Positions 40,747 through 55,124 of a stretch of DNA of 64,000 nucleotides are shown here, piece by piece (the first letter of the stretch is position 1; each line of letters opens with the position of its first letter). The position numbers and the translations under genes are program-made. Under the pieces are notes generated by a model, which searched no databases, had not been told where the DNA came from, and saw nothing but the letters and a program-made list of their open reading frames with translations. This DNA is from Octopus vulgaris (taxonomy: Eukaryota), in assembly GCA_951406725.2 (NCBI GenBank), contig OX597835.1:47926001-47990000 (forward strand), read 5' to 3'.

Positions 40747-41038
40747 AAGATAAACTCCATTTATGCTCTCATCAATGCGCATCTCTCCATCATTTCCCAC
40801 TTACGCCACAACATTCCGCCATGGTGAGCAAATCCGTTCCACAGTCACTTTGCCCCTACCAAAACAACTGAGCCCACCATATCAGTTGTTATGGTAATAC
40901 ACAACAGAGGGAGACAACAATATAAATAAGGTAATCGAAACATACCAGTAACAATACCGAAACATTATTATAGCATCTTTGAGTAAATAACGGATTTTTA
41001 TAACTAAAAGATCATGTGCATATACAAATTAATATAAA

Positions 41039-42800
41039 CTAGCAGAACTACCCGACGTTGCTCGGGTATCAAATACTCGACAACGGTCTTAATAGGTTCT
41101 ACCATTTTGTTTCTTTTTTTTGTACATCTCTTTGAACGTATTTTGCGCCAAGTTGTAAACATTGACATTGAGGAAGAAGTGATTTTTTCCATAGACCATT
41201 AAATAATGTAGTAACTTCAAGAGCATTTCAGGAGGTGAAACAATTGAATATAAAGTAGCCCTGAAAAGGACCGTGTTATCGTTCTCACAATAGCCCTGAA
41301 AAGTATTGTTCACCTGTCACAGGTATAAACGTCCTTTTTCGGTCACACGAAAAGCTGTGGGTGCAGTGATGCCAAAACGCAAACCATCTGCAAGGAGATT
41401 GAGAAGATGTAGTGGACAAAAAAAAAAGAAAAGAAAAATAGGCAATTCTGAAATAATGGCAACAATAGTACCCACTCACCACCAACCTGTCCGACAGGGA
41501 AGCTTCGGAATGTTGGACGGCCTACAGCACCGTACGGTAGACGACATGTTTCGTTTTCGCTTTCGGGGTGAAGACGAAAAGGTTTTTCTTTTTCTTTTAT
41601 TGCATCCGATATATAATTAGCCGTGCGAGAGGCATGGCTGGCCTAAATGGAAGCCTGTTGTTGTTAGTGTTTGGCTTCGGGACTTGTTGATGGATATGGC
41701 AAAGCGAAGCCGTAGAGGGACCTGAAGTCGACTCAAGGGACAGGCGCATTGCTTATCCGATGGAGTAAGAGGTATCCTGGGTATAAATACGTTATCACAA
41801 TAAGAATTGTTGCTTCAATAACATGAGTCAGCACATTTTTTTTTTACCACTGACCGCATACCGTTGCACAGACGTGGTGGCTCTAGGGTCCTCAGCAGCA
41901 TGACTTGAGATCCATTTTTGAGATGCAGTTGGTGAGGCGGTAGTCCGAAGGAGGTCCAAGGAATTGAGGAATTCTGTGGAAAAATTAATGGCCTCTTCTT
42001 GGTCCGCAATAGTGTCCACATACGTGTAGGTATGAATGTTTCCAGGAAGGCTTCGCAGTAGATTTTCATCGAATTTCGCAACAAATGTGTTTTTGGGAGC
42101 TAATATGGCTCTTTCGCAAAGCCAATTCAGGTTTTGGTAGTTTATGTGCTGATCGAGAAAAACAGCAGTCGTAAGGTCGTCCACAGTGTCCACAGGTGTG
42201 CTTACCTGTGAGACCGCCATATCTGCATCGGAGAGAGCAGTAACAGCACGAACGGTGGGAAGTGGCTTGGAAAAGTCGCCTGATAAGTTGTTGCCGAAAA
42301 TCTGGGCCCTCATGTTTGTTGTAAGAGTCAAAATTGTCACGTCCAGCCACAGAGAAGATAACTTAATGCAAGCCATTACAGCGTCGGCTCTGGTGCATTT
42401 TAGAATTATGGGTAGGGTTTGTCTGAAATCACCAGATAGAAGGAAGGAAGGAAGGCCTCCTATGGAGCTAATGCAGCCACTGATGTCTTTCAGGGACCTG
42501 TCCAGTGCTTCAAGGGATCCTTTATGTGCCATGATGCATTCGTCCCAAACAATGAGCTGGCACCTTCACAGCACTTCTGATTTGTCTGAGTCTTTAGTAA
42601 TATTGCGGGTGGTTGAGTCGGGCGCAGAAGCATTGAACGGGAGTTTGAAGGACAAATAAGCCGTCCTAGCCCCTGGGCACTGCAATTCCAGAAGAAGCTA
42701 CAGCTAAAGCGATCCCCTTTTGCAAGGAGAAGTTTAGTCATGAATGTTTCACCAGTTCCTCCTGGAGCATCTAAAAAGAAAATACCTCCTTTGCATTCAG
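41039..42800 (-). mobile_element. Helitron remnant: PIF1-family helicase pseudogene and canonical 3' terminus
   Basis: Minus: IFFLDAPGGTGETF (Walker A, K>E), LIVWDE, GDFRQTLP, ERAILAPKN, GLPPHQL, LCNG, FAISINKSRSQTL and SHG*LY. The 3' hairpin TACCCGAGCAACGTCGGGTA (41049-41068) is followed by CTAG-T at 41039-41042. Confidence 0.9.
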
Positions 42801-42823
42801 GAATGGTCTTGTACCAAACTTTG

Positions 42824-42825
<2 letters not shown>

Positions 42826-42867
<42 letters not shown>

Positions 42868-42874
42868 GTCATCG

Positions 42875-42962
<88 letters not shown>

Positions 42963-42988
42963 TATTATTATTATTACTATTATTATTA
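42826..42988. repeat. (CAT)n(TAT)n microsatellite
   Basis: Directly visible. Confidence 0.95.
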
Positions 42989-43203
42989 AGGAGGTGAGCT
43001 GGCAGAATTGTTACCGCGCCGGGAAAAAACGCTTAGCAGTATTTCTTCCGACTTTAGGTTTTGAGTTCAAATTCCACCGAAGTCGAGTTTGCCTCTCATC
43101 TTCTCGGGTTTGATAAAATAAGTACCAGTTGAACATTGAAGTTGATGTAATTGACTTACCCCTCCCCCTAAATTTCCTGGCCTTGTGCCAAAATTTGAAA
43201 TCA
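42989..43203 (+). mobile_element. SINE family A
   Basis: GGAGGTGAGCTGGCAGAATTG...GAGTTCAAATTCCACCGA...AAGTACCAGTTG. Confidence 0.85.
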
Positions 43204-43731
43204 TTATAATTATATTTAGTAATTACTATTGATTTTGCTTTCTTGAGCTGTATTGATATTTTAATAAATTACATTTTCACAATTTCCCAATTTGTTTATC
43301 GTTAATTCGGAGAAATTCCCGGAAAAGTCAATACAAAAAAGGTGGGGGGAGAAAATGGTTCTCCAGAGCTTAAAATATTTCAGAATTTTCTTCTTCTGTA
43401 ATAAGTACCCCTCCCCCCCCATTACATTCGATATTAATTCAAGGGCACTCAGTCGAGTCGACCTTTGTGCTCAAGCGTACTTTGAGTACGTTTGAAGATT
43501 TCTACCAGCCTAAAATTAAATTTAATATCGCCAAAAGCTCAAATTATATCGAGAATAGATTCACGATTTTTGTTTTGTAGTTTTTCGATTCAATTTGGTG
43601 CCGTGGCACGTTTCTTGGCAAATGTTTGCATCGACTTTTTAATGAGTTTTGTTAAGATTTCTAATGTAAACTACAGAGACATCCGATAAATATGTATGCA
43701 AGCCTCTCTGGTTTTTCTGTTTGTCTGTTTG

Positions 43732-43777
<46 letters not shown>

Positions 43778-44151
43778 ATGTGTGTATAGAGGTGTCATCC
43801 GCAAGGAGTCTGGGACCACTGACAAATGGTGGATGCGGCGATGCGCTGTTACAGCGTATGCTCTTATACTACTACTACTACTCTCACACGCAAATACATA
43901 TGCATTCTTTTATAGAGGTGCATAATGAACATATATATGAACACACTTTCTTCAGAATATATATATATATATATATATATATGCGTTTGTGTTTGTGTGT
44001 GTGTCTGTGTGAGTGAGTGACTGAATATATTTATAAAATACGTATATATAAAAATAAATTACATATGTGTGTATATACTTAAATGTATATATATATATAT
44101 AAATAAATCAAACATTGATAACAATGTCTAGTCTGTTTATCAGTAGTAGAG

Positions 44152-44214
<63 letters not shown>

Positions 44215-44470
44215 TTGATTACATTGTCAGAATTGGTGATTAGTCTATCTCTTATCCCTGAGGAGCCACGTCTCTCCCGTGGCTCTCTCTCTAATAACGG
44301 GAAAGTGATTCATAGGCCTTTCCCGACATCTTTGTTTAGTTCTTTTTTTTATTTTAGTTTGTCTTGGTTTTTAATTATAATGTTTAGTCAACAGTTGGAC
44401 ATTAAAGTACATCAAATTTGCCGGAAAGATGCAAACAACTGTCTTTGTCTTTTGTCTCTGTCTCTCTCTT

Positions 44471-44549
<79 letters not shown>

Positions 44550-44979
44550 GTCTGTCTCTCTCTCTCTCTCTAGTATTATCATTTAGAAATAAACACGTAA
44601 CGAACCTGAATAGGATGTGGTGTGCAGAAATGATAATGCCTACCACACTGACTAACAACACATGCGAGGTCAACGAGTGCTACAAGAACATCAACAATAA
44701 CAAAAACAACAATAATAGAAATGGCGTCCTACACAAACAATGACCAGTATCTTGCTGCTTGCTCGACCGGATTTTGTAATTGAAGACCCAAACTCCCTTA
44801 AAATCACAACTGCCTGCCTTTTAAAATAAACACATCGAATATCGAAGTTCTAAATATGCATTGGTTTATGTTACAAAGACAGGATTTTGAAGGCTTGAAG
44901 AGTATTTACCTTATCGCATGGTGGAATCAATGGATCAGGGTCCATATTACGAGTAGGGCCTAAAGAAGAAATCTTATAT

Positions 44980-46028
44980 CAGTGATTCTCAACCGGTGTC
45001 CAAATGGCTCCTGGAGTTTATATAAATTTTGTTAAGATTTATTTTAATAAATTGCTTATACGAGGGTGGGCTGGAATGTTCATAGGTTGAACACGAAGGG
45101 GTTATCATGGAGTAATTAAACATGGCATGCTTTATTGATGCTAGCTGCATGTTTTCTTTCCAGATAAACTCACATTGGATACAGAATAGAGGACTTGGAA
45201 AAGTGGTACTATAGACATTTTGTGGGAATGGAGAAAATTTTGCAACGTAGTGTTATCAAATATCTGTAGAAAAAAGGGATAGCCTCCCCCCCCACCCCGG
45301 ACAGTCATGCTGGCAAGGTTGCTGCATTAGGAGATGATGTTCCAGCCTTATCAACTGTGTAAAATGGGCAGCTGAATTAAAGAGGGGTAGGGAGAGTCTT
45401 GAAGATGACCCAAGCTCCTGTCACAGGTACCACCCAGAAAAACATCGACTTGTTCACCACATCGTGATGGGTGACCGACGTTTAAATGTTAATCAGATAG
45501 CTAATGGGGTCCTGCTTCACCAGGACAACGCTCCTGCACAGAAGTCTGTGGTTGTATTGGCTGTTGTGCCCGACTGCGGCCTTGAACTGGTTGATGACCT
45601 TCCATATTCTCCTGATTTGGGCACCATCTGACTATTTTCTATTCCTCAACAAGAAAAAAAACACTTGGCTGAGAAGAAGTATCGGACCGATGATGAGGTC
45701 ATATCTACTGTTGAGGACTTTTTTGAGAGTCAAGACGAGAGTTTTTATGCCAAGGGAATCCAAGCGCTGCAACACCGATGGAAGAAGTGTATGGATCGCA
45801 GGGGATCACATTTGGTCAAGTTTGACCATTACATCGTGGTCAGCCGATGAACTTTTCAGCCCACCCTCCAACCTCCACAATATACAAAATATTTTTACAA
45901 TTTCTTTTATACAATTCCTAATGATATTTAATTAGGATTTTCCATAGACATTGAATGGCTATGGAAGCCCAGTTGAGTAATTAAGGAACCAAAGGAGTCC
46001 GTAGACAAAATATGGTTGAGAAGCACTG
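44980..46028. mobile_element. hAT-like MITE hosting a mariner insertion
   Basis: TIRs CAGTGATTCTCAACC ... GGTTGAGAAGCACTG. Confidence 0.6.
45061..45868 (+). mobile_element. Mariner (DD34D) transposon, internally deleted and decayed
   Basis: TIRs CGAGGGTGGGCTGGAATGTTCAT / ATGAACTTTTCAGCCCACCCTC with TA on the left. Fragments read WAAELKRGRESLEDDP, LLHQDNAPA, PYSPDL(fs)APSDY and FYAKGIQALQHRWKKC. Confidence 0.9.
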
Positions 46029-46300
46029 TTCTATGCGATAGCTTCATCTGTTATAAATAGAAACGCAGCTTCCCTCAAATAACTACCTTAAGTACCTATC
46101 TCCTATCTCCTTAAGTTGAGGGTCACGCACAAAAATCTGGTTTCCTTTTATTTTTCTAATTTTAAATGCATTCAACCATTTTCTCAGCCCACTATTTGTG
46201 GAAGGGTCGTAGCGGGTAGAATCCTCATGGTGTCCTATCAGAAACAACTTTCATTACCCTTTTCGGCCGGATTCTCAAGCATGACTAAGTGAGTCTCTCT

Positions 46301-46707
46301 CTTACTTTTTATCCTTTATCTGTTTCATTCTTGAGACTGTGGCCATACTGGGGCACCGCTTTGAAGAATTTTTAGTTTAATGAATCGATCCTAGTAGTTA
46401 TATTTTCTCTTTAATTCTGGTACTTATTATATCGGTCTCTTATTCTTGAACCGCAAAGTTACGGGGGCGTAAACAAACCAACGCCAGTTGTCAATTGATG
46501 ATGTGGGACAAACAAACGCACACACACACACACACGCACTCACACTCACAGATATACGGCAAGCTTTTTTCAAAAATCCACTCAACAGGCTTTGATCAGC
46601 CTTAGGCTATAGTAGAAGGCACTTGTCCAAGGTGCCACGCAGTAGGACTGAACCAAAAACCATTTGTTTGGCAAGCAAGGTTCTTATTGCACAGCCATGC
46701 CTGCGCC
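46301..46707 (-). mobile_element. SINE family B
   Basis: Complement of the GGCGCAGGCATGGCTGTG head and the GTGCCCCAGTATGGCCACAGTC tail. Confidence 0.85.
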
Positions 46708-47987
46708 TGTGGGTATTATCCAACCATCTAAACTTGGTACCACAACAGGAGGCTGTGCAATTGCTTCGCTGATATTTCTAGACGGACGATATGGTGCTGC
46801 TTGAATCATCAAAACGCGGCCTCCAGCTTGAACTGAATGGGTTCCCTGCCGTGGGATGCAAGGCGGAATCTCATTTGAATATATCCCGTTTCTCTGCAGG
46901 GTACTGTATAAACAAAGAATACAATTGACAATGGTATTTCCTTATTTGCAAAAAAGACGGGATGGTCGCAACAGGAACGCTTGTGATTCATAGATTTATA
47001 GTTGAAGTTATGTCAATAGCCTACCTTGTTGAGGGCCATACTGCCCATTGTGTCGAATAGTGAATGATTTTATTGGGAACATTGTTGTCTCTTAGGCATG
47101 TTGGATTTTCTTATCTGTCTAGTTTCTCATCATTATGTTGTGGGGGTTTTTTTTAACGGTGGAACTTGAAATAGAGTAAGGCTAGAAAATCCTTTGGCTA
47201 GTCGAAAGCTGTACATGGGACACGAACCCATGGGTAGCCTTTTTAACCTAATATTTACTTGCTGTTATTTTTAGATATATAGGGGTTATTGCTCCTTTTT
47301 CAGCACCATATCGACCCCATCAACCGTCCAAGAACACAGTGTTTAACTAGTCACTAATTTTATTGGTGTGACATGGTTGGATTGACCAATTTACGTATTA
47401 AACACATTTCTGGCAATTGTTATGAAGATATGAATTACTTTGAAACGGTAGAGGTAAGGTCCTTGGTGAAACTGCGCTAACCCTGACGCCAAGTTGCATA
47501 TCTAACAGTGTGCAGTCGCTGCAGTTGAAACACACGTAGGTCCCTTGAAGATGATGTAAATAACTGTGAAATAAAATGATGGATGTGAAAAATAATAGTT
47601 TCTCTTCTCCTTATCATTATTAATACTATTAATTGCTCTACGGAAATTATGTAGTCCTGAATAGGAGAATCGGAGTAGTAACCAAACGAGAAAAAGTTAC
47701 CAGAGCCTGTAACTTATTGTTAGCCCGGGTATGGACCGTTGTGGTTAACCGGCATCGGAAACATGAACTAAGAGAAAACACGGTAAACGCGGCGAGGGTT
47801 AAATAACCCTTTAGGGTTATATATAAATATAAATTGACGAAATAATAAACTTCATAAAGCTTCTAGAGAATGTAAAATTGAAGCACGTTACATAATGCTA
47901 TGTCACCTTCCCGAGCGTTAAACTAATACGACTGTTTGCTGTTTACACACCTGCGCTCGTCTTTTGTTTTTATAAATTCCTACTATA

Positions 47988-48039
<52 letters not shown>

Positions 48040-48571
48040 AGCACAAAGTTTATGAAGTTTCTTAAGCATAAACTTCATAATGATAATTGTTTTCCTGTAT
48101 CAACCAAGCACAGAAAAATAATATTTCCAACGAGTATCTTTAAAGACTTCGCCAGTTTCTCGTTTAAACTCGCTGACAAGAAACCACATTTTCTACTTAT
48201 TTAATACAGCATGTATCAGAACATGACTTACGGTGTCATAAAAGCAGAAGACGAAGACAGAAATATGGCGAAATCAAATTTGGGGCTACATCAATCCTAT
48301 TACCGATGTGGTCAAATATGTCGGCTTCGAATTACGATATTGAACTCTCTCGAAGATTACATCTGACCTAGCCTTACCGGAATTAGTGTTTCATTAAATA
48401 GAATATATAGGAGGTATGTACGGACATTCACGCATATATTTGTATATAGGAATGTTTATATGTTTATCAGACTGTACATATACATACATACATACATACA
48501 TACATATACATACATACATACGTACATATGTATGTATATGTATATATAAACATATGTATATGTATATATAA

Positions 48572-48612
<41 letters not shown>

Positions 48613-48879
48613 CAATATACACACATATACATGTGTGTGTGTGTGCGCGCGCACATAAATACACCCAAGCGCAAATATAAAATTGGTGATACGGCGTAGC
48701 GGAGTGATTAAGAAGCTTCCTATAAAACCTTCGCGTTTAGGGTTCGCTCTCACCGAGTGACATTTTGTGCTGTCATCATATTCTATATATACCTTTGGTT
48801 GACCCATACCGCGCAGAAGAAACTGGGTCAGATTAAGTATTCATTTTAATATTTCTCTCTAAGTAACTAATTAACTGTT

Positions 48880-49295
48880 GGGCGAAATGCTTAGCGGTAT
48901 TTCTTCTGCCGTTACGTTCTGAGTTCAAATTCCGCGAAGTCAACTTTGCCTTTCTTAATTTTGGGGATAAGTACCAGTTATGCACTGGGGTCGATGTAAT
49001 TGACTTAATCCCTTTGTCTGTCCTTGTTTGTCCCCTCTATGTTTAGCCCCGCGTGGGCAATAAAGAAATAGATATATATCTTTATAATGATTTCAAATTT
49101 TGGCACAAGGTCAACGGTTTTAGGGAAGGGTAAAGTGAGTCCATTAGATTGTTCCCAGTGTTCAACTGGTACATATTTTATCAATCCTCAAAGGGGACAG
49201 GCATAGTCGACCACAGTGGGATTTGAACTCAGACTGCAAAGACGGACGAACTACTACTAAACATTTTACCCGGTGTGTTAACGACTCCGCTGGCA
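48880..49295. mobile_element. Two family A SINEs tail-to-tail (48880-49070 +, 49090-49295 -)
   Basis: The family A body is present on each strand. Confidence 0.8.
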
Positions 49296-49308
49296 ATACA
49301 CACACACA

Positions 49309-49344
<36 letters not shown>

Positions 49345-49513
49345 AGCAAATTAGCTCATTAGGAAAATTTTTATTAGAGACGAAAGCAGCGTGTATGCTA
49401 AGTAATAATGTTCATCGCCACCTAAACATAAGTGTTCCATAAGAACAGACGATACTGCTATTTTCACCCGAAGAGGACACCTTCTCCAACTGGTTATTCA
49501 GCGTGCTTCCCAC

Positions 49514-49563
<50 letters not shown>

Positions 49564-49622
49564 ACCACAAGTGGATTGTTGGCGATTGTTTTCCTCCGTC
49601 TTCCTCTTCGTTTGGACACTCC

Positions 49623-49661
49623 TGTTTCTGAAGAAGAGATTTGTTCGAAACGTAAAATACA
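49623..49661 (+). ncRNA. Minimal hammerhead ribozyme
   Basis: tgttt-CTGAAGA-a-GAG atttg TTC-GAAA-CG-TA-aaataca. Stem III is reduced to the palindrome ACGT. It lies just downstream of a (TA)n tract. Confidence 0.7.
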
Positions 49662-50224
49662 TTTTCTTTCTTTCTCTGAGCATCTTATTAATACTTTGCA
49701 TATACCACATCCTCGCGTTGCTTCTTTTCTTCTTATTGTCCTTTTTTCTCCGTTTTTTTTTATTAATTACACGCACGCGCACGCACACACACACATATAT
49801 TGCAACTCTCTACTATTCTAGCTCAGAGACCACAAGACGCGGAGTTGCGACCTCATTTTGCATATTGCCGGGTGTGCTAAAGATTCTGCCATTTCGCAGC
49901 CCTATATATGTATATATTCGTATGTATCGTGGTTGTCAATTTGCCGTTGTACCTTAGGTCGCTGCATGATTTCTATAAGTCTATATATACGTTGCCATTT
50001 CGAACATTTCCTCAAACAAACTCGCTAAATGTACATCATATGGCAATAATCTGTAATTCAAAACAGATATTTGTGATAAGAACTGAGGGATACTGTCACT
50101 ATTTATAAAGAAAGTGTATAACCAGCAACCATTGTCTCCGCCCCATTCACAGCAAATACAATTTACGATCTACGTTTGAGCATTTGTGTGTGTGTGTGTA
50201 ATTAGTCTAGTTATGTCTATCATT

Positions 50225-50647
50225 TTGTACGTTTCACTTGTTTCAGGCATTAGACTGCGGCCATGCTGGGACAACCGTCTTGAAGAATTCTTTGTCGAAT
50301 GAACTGACTCGAGTGCTGATTTTCGCTTTAAGCCTGATTCTTACTCTATCGGGATCTTTGGCTGCACGGCTGAGTTACAAGGACGCAAACACCAGTTGGC
50401 AAGCAGTGGTAGGCGACGAAACAGATACACACACATTCACACGTGTGAACGCGCGCGCGCACACACACACACATACGTGCACGCGACGGGCTACTTTCAG
50501 TTTCCGTCTACCAAATCCATTCACAAGGCTTCAGTCAAGCCCGAAGTTATAGTTGCAGGCACTTGCCGAAGGTGCCACGCAGTGGGGCTGAACCCAGAAG
50601 CATGTGCTTGAGAAGCAAGCTCTCTACCACACTCTCACACCTGCGCC
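50225..50647 (-). mobile_element. SINE family B
   Basis: Complement of the family B head, core and tail. Confidence 0.8.
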
Positions 50648-51400
50648 TGTATTTAAGATATACACAACCTACACACATATATACACACGCACACACACAC
50701 ACATGCATATATAAATGTAATAATACATTTCTTTTCTGAAGGTTCGCATCGACATTTGATTATCGCCAAACTTAATGCCGTATTTTCCCTTTCACCCCAA
50801 ACACGAGAAAAAACAGTTTTTTTCATAATCCTACATAACATTCATCAATATTGCAACAAACGTATACACACACACACACACACACATATATATTTACATA
50901 CACGCATACATATAATACATATAATATACATATATACATACACAGATAGATATATGTAGAGAGTCTTGTAACTAAATATATTTATAGACTCTTACATACA
51001 TCGATGTTAACATCATCAGCAACAACAACGGCAACAGCATCAACATCCTCCTCATCATCATCACAATCTTCGTTTTGTTGTTGTTGTTCTTGTTGTTGTT
51101 GTTCTTCTTCTGCTTCTTCTCCTCCTTCTCCTCCTCCTCCTCCTCCTTCTTCTTCTTCTTCTTCTTCTTCTTCTTCTTCTTCTTCTTCTTCTTCTTCTTC
51201 TTCGTCATCGTCATCATCATCATCGTCATCATCATCATCATCATCATCATCATCTTCATCATCATCATCATCTCTTTCACTATCATCCTCCTCCTCGTCG
51301 TCTATCAAATACATCATCGTTATTATCGTCCTCCTCCTCATCATCAAAACCAATGCCCATAATCGTCATACATTCCCATAATCATCAAAACCTTGTACAA

Positions 51401-51457
<57 letters not shown>

Positions 51458-51842
51458 AATTAATGTTATTATTACGACTATTCCTTTTTCGTTTTGTTAT
51501 TACCGTTTGTCGTTGGTTCCATCGCCGCCATTGTTGTGAGGGTGGCCGAAGACGAAGAAAATTTGCTTTGCTTAATGGAAAAACAAATTCAATCGAAGGG
51601 AAATCTTCTGAAGGAAATACCATTTACTGGTCTCGTTGTGCCGGGGTGACGAAACAAGCGTTGTAGCTCCACCGATTATTTTGACATTAGCTTAGAGAAG
51701 TTGCTCTCACATCTCGGTGTTGTTGAACCCGAAAATTGCTGTGAAAATTAGTTAAGTTGATCAGAAGAAAGACACAAATACGCACAACAGAGAGAGGCAC
51801 ACGCACTGGGTCATAGACACAAACACACAACTACACACACAA

Positions 51843-51890
<48 letters not shown>

Positions 51891-52126
51891 AAGTACTCCA
51901 TATACATATCACACGCATAGAATAAGAAATATATCAGTAACGAATAGGTTTAGTAATACACACACACACACACATACACAAATTATACAGAGACATGCGT
52001 GCATATATATACGCATAGATAGGAATGTGTATATATATATAACGTGTGTTGGAGAGAGTGAGTGTGTATATTTGCGTATACGTGGGCGTGTACATTTGAA
52101 ATTGCGTACATTTACATGCATGTTTG

Positions 52127-52168
<42 letters not shown>

Positions 52169-52343
52169 ATGTGCATGTATGCGTATATAAATAAGCGTAT
52201 TATATATATATATAAATAAGCGTATTATATATATATATATACATACACATATATATACATATGCACATTTATCTGTATATAAATATATACACACGTGCAC
52301 GCGCGCGCACACACATACACTCACACACAAACACGCGCGCGTG

Positions 52344-52389
<46 letters not shown>

Positions 52390-52605
52390 GTATATATAGA
52401 TAGATATAGATATAGCTATAGATATATACACACATATATATATAAAGAAACATATATACATATAATAAAGAAACATATATACACACATATACATACATAC
52501 ACACCTCGGCTTAATTTTAAAGCCTTTATCTTGCGTAGATGAAGCAAAACTTATTATTGGATTTCGAATGTCCTCACGGAGAGGAAAGATAGAGCGGGGT
52601 TGTAA

Positions 52606-53397
52606 TTTCTTCTTCTTCTTCTTCTTCTTCTTCTTCTTCTTCTTCTTCTTCTTCTTCTTCTTCTTCTTCTTTTTCTTCTTCTTCTTCTTCTTTTCTTCTT
52701 CTTTTTCTTCTTCTTCTTCTTCTTCTTCTTCTTCTTCTTCTTCTTCTTCTTCTACTATTTCTTCTTTTTCTTCTTTTTCTTCTTCTTCTTCTACTTCTTC
52801 TACTTCTTCTTCTTCTACTTCTACTTCTACTTCTTTTTCTTCTTTTTCTGCTACTTCTTCTTCATACTTCTTTTTCTTCTTCTTCCACATCTTCTTCTTC
52901 CACATCTTCTTCTTCTTCTTCTTCTTCTTCTTCTTCTTCTTCTTCTTCTTCTTCTTCTTCTTCTTCTTCTTCTTCTTCTTCTTCTTCTTCATCTTCTTCT
53001 TCTTCTTCTTCTTCTTCTTCTTCTTCGTCTTCTTCTTCAATAATCATCATCATCATCATCTTCCAATTCTTCTTCTCCTTGACCTCCTCCTTCTCCTCCT
53101 CCTCCACTCTTCCTCGACATTGGCTACTAATGGGATGACTGCCCCCTCCCCTCCCGTTATAATCAAGCCACAAAACCACGGTGGACATTGGACGGAAATA
53201 ACATAATAAGAAAACACCAGCAACTAGATTGCAAAGAGAAAGACAGAAAGGAAGAAGGAGAGAGAGAGAGAAAGAAAGAGAGAAAGAAAGAGAGAGAGAA
53301 AAAGAAAGAAAGAAAGTAAGAAGGAAAGTAAGAAAGAAAGAAAGAAAGAAAGATAGAGAGAAAGAAAAAGAGAAAGAAAGAAGGAAAGAAAGAAGAG

Positions 53398-53428
<31 letters not shown>

Positions 53429-53480
53429 GGGAAAGACAGAAAGAGAGTGGGAGAGAAAGAAAGGAAATGAAGGAAGGACA
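52606..53480. repeat. (TTC)n tract followed by a (GAAA/GA)n purine tract
   Basis: Directly visible. It explains the 212-305 aa poly-K/F/E ORFs. Confidence 0.95.
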
Positions 53481-54308
53481 GGAGAAAGAGAAATAATTTG
53501 ACATAGAGAGACACACAGACAGCCATGCATTATTAGAGAAGGAAATAGATACAGAGAGGGTGGAATGAATGGCGGTGGTGTGAGGCAGAGGAGAATTAAC
53601 CGTTGCTTGTTGTTGTGGTGGCGGCGGCGGCAGTGGTGGTGGTGGTGGTAGTGACGGTAGTGGCTGTTATACTGGTGATGGTGGGGGACTGGTGTGGGGG
53701 GGTTTGGTGGTTGTGCTGGTAGTGGTGGTGGTGGTGATGGTGGTTGTGTTGGTGGTGGTGGCGGTGGCCTCGGTGACAATGGTAGCGGTGGTAATGGTGA
53801 TGGGGGAGGTAGTGGTGGTTGTGGTGGTTGTGTTGGTGGTGGTGGTGATGGTGGTGGTGATGGTGGTGGTGGTGATGGTGGTGGTGATGGTGGCGATGGC
53901 GGTGCTCTGCTGTTGTGTCGGCTGTAGAGTAGCGTAGGGTAGAGAGGAAAAGGGTGTGTGTGTGTGGTGGTTGTGGTGGGTCGGGGTGTATAACGTGATT
54001 ATCTCTTTGACCGCAACGAGGAAGATTAAAGATGAAATACGGCTAGTTTAGTATGGTCATTCTCGACGGACAACATACATTTCATCTTCATACCCCCCAC
54101 CACCCCCACCACCACCACCACCAACCACTAACATCACCACTACGTAATCACCACCACCACCACTGCCACCACCGCCGCCACCACCACCAGTAACACAACT
54201 ACCAGCACCATCAGAAACACCTCTAGCAACAACGAAACCAACACCGCCACCCACAGCTCCACTTCTAAAATTACTATCTTCCCCACTACAACCACCACCA
54301 CCACCACC

Positions 54309-54340
<32 letters not shown>

Positions 54341-54647
54341 GACCCACACCACCATCGTCTTCATCTAGGATTTCGCGCTTGTTATGTTTTGTATTTACAT
54401 ATCTCAGATATATAGCAAAATAGTTTCCCCCCCACCTCCACACACACACGCACACACACACATAAATATTCTGCAGATTATATATACACAAGCACTTGTA
54501 TATACAAGCTGCTTTGTATACACCAAAAGTAGATATATATTATAAGCAGAGATTATAGTCGTTCATATACACTGATGAATGTATATTCGTATATATATGT
54601 ATATATGTGCGTGTGTGTCTGTCTGTCTGTGTTTTTATGCAAGTATA

Positions 54648-54696
<49 letters not shown>

Positions 54697-54700
54697 TTTA

Positions 54701-54817
54701 TTATATAGAAGGATACAGGACTAGTACTGTTTCATTCAAGAAATCTTCAGGAAGCGCTTCCTGAAGATTTCTCTTGAATGAAACAGTACTAGTCCTGTAG
54801 AAGCTCCTTCTATATAA
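54701..54817. ncRNA. Palindrome made of two head-to-head hammerhead cores
   Basis: The centre is GAAGCGCTTC (54751-54760). Each arm reads CTGAAGA-tTTC(tc)ttGAAt-GAAA-CAGTACTAG-TC-ctgta outward. Confidence 0.75.
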
Positions 54818-54891
54818 TAAATTAATTTTACTCTGCTATGTATTGAGTACATTACTTACTGTGGTTAACCCCGAATCAACCCGGGACCTAC

Positions 54892-54940
<49 letters not shown>

Positions 54941-54971
54941 TACATATATACATACAAACACATATATATCT

Positions 54972-55011
<40 letters not shown>

Positions 55012-55124
55012 TGAATAAAAGAGATGTAGACCGATAGGCAGACAGATACATATACATGTATATATATATATATACAGAGAAAGAGAGAGGGAGAGAGAGA
55101 GGCATAGCTTCGTATGTATATATG

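Noticed and set aside
44255-44300. CTGAGGA followed by the hairpin GCCACG/CGTGGC
   Set aside because: No GAAA or stem III follows stem II, so it is not counted as a hammerhead.
46780-47802. Possible piggyBac-like remnant ending in GAGGG-TTAA
   Set aside because: No transposase motif or matching second TIR was recognised.
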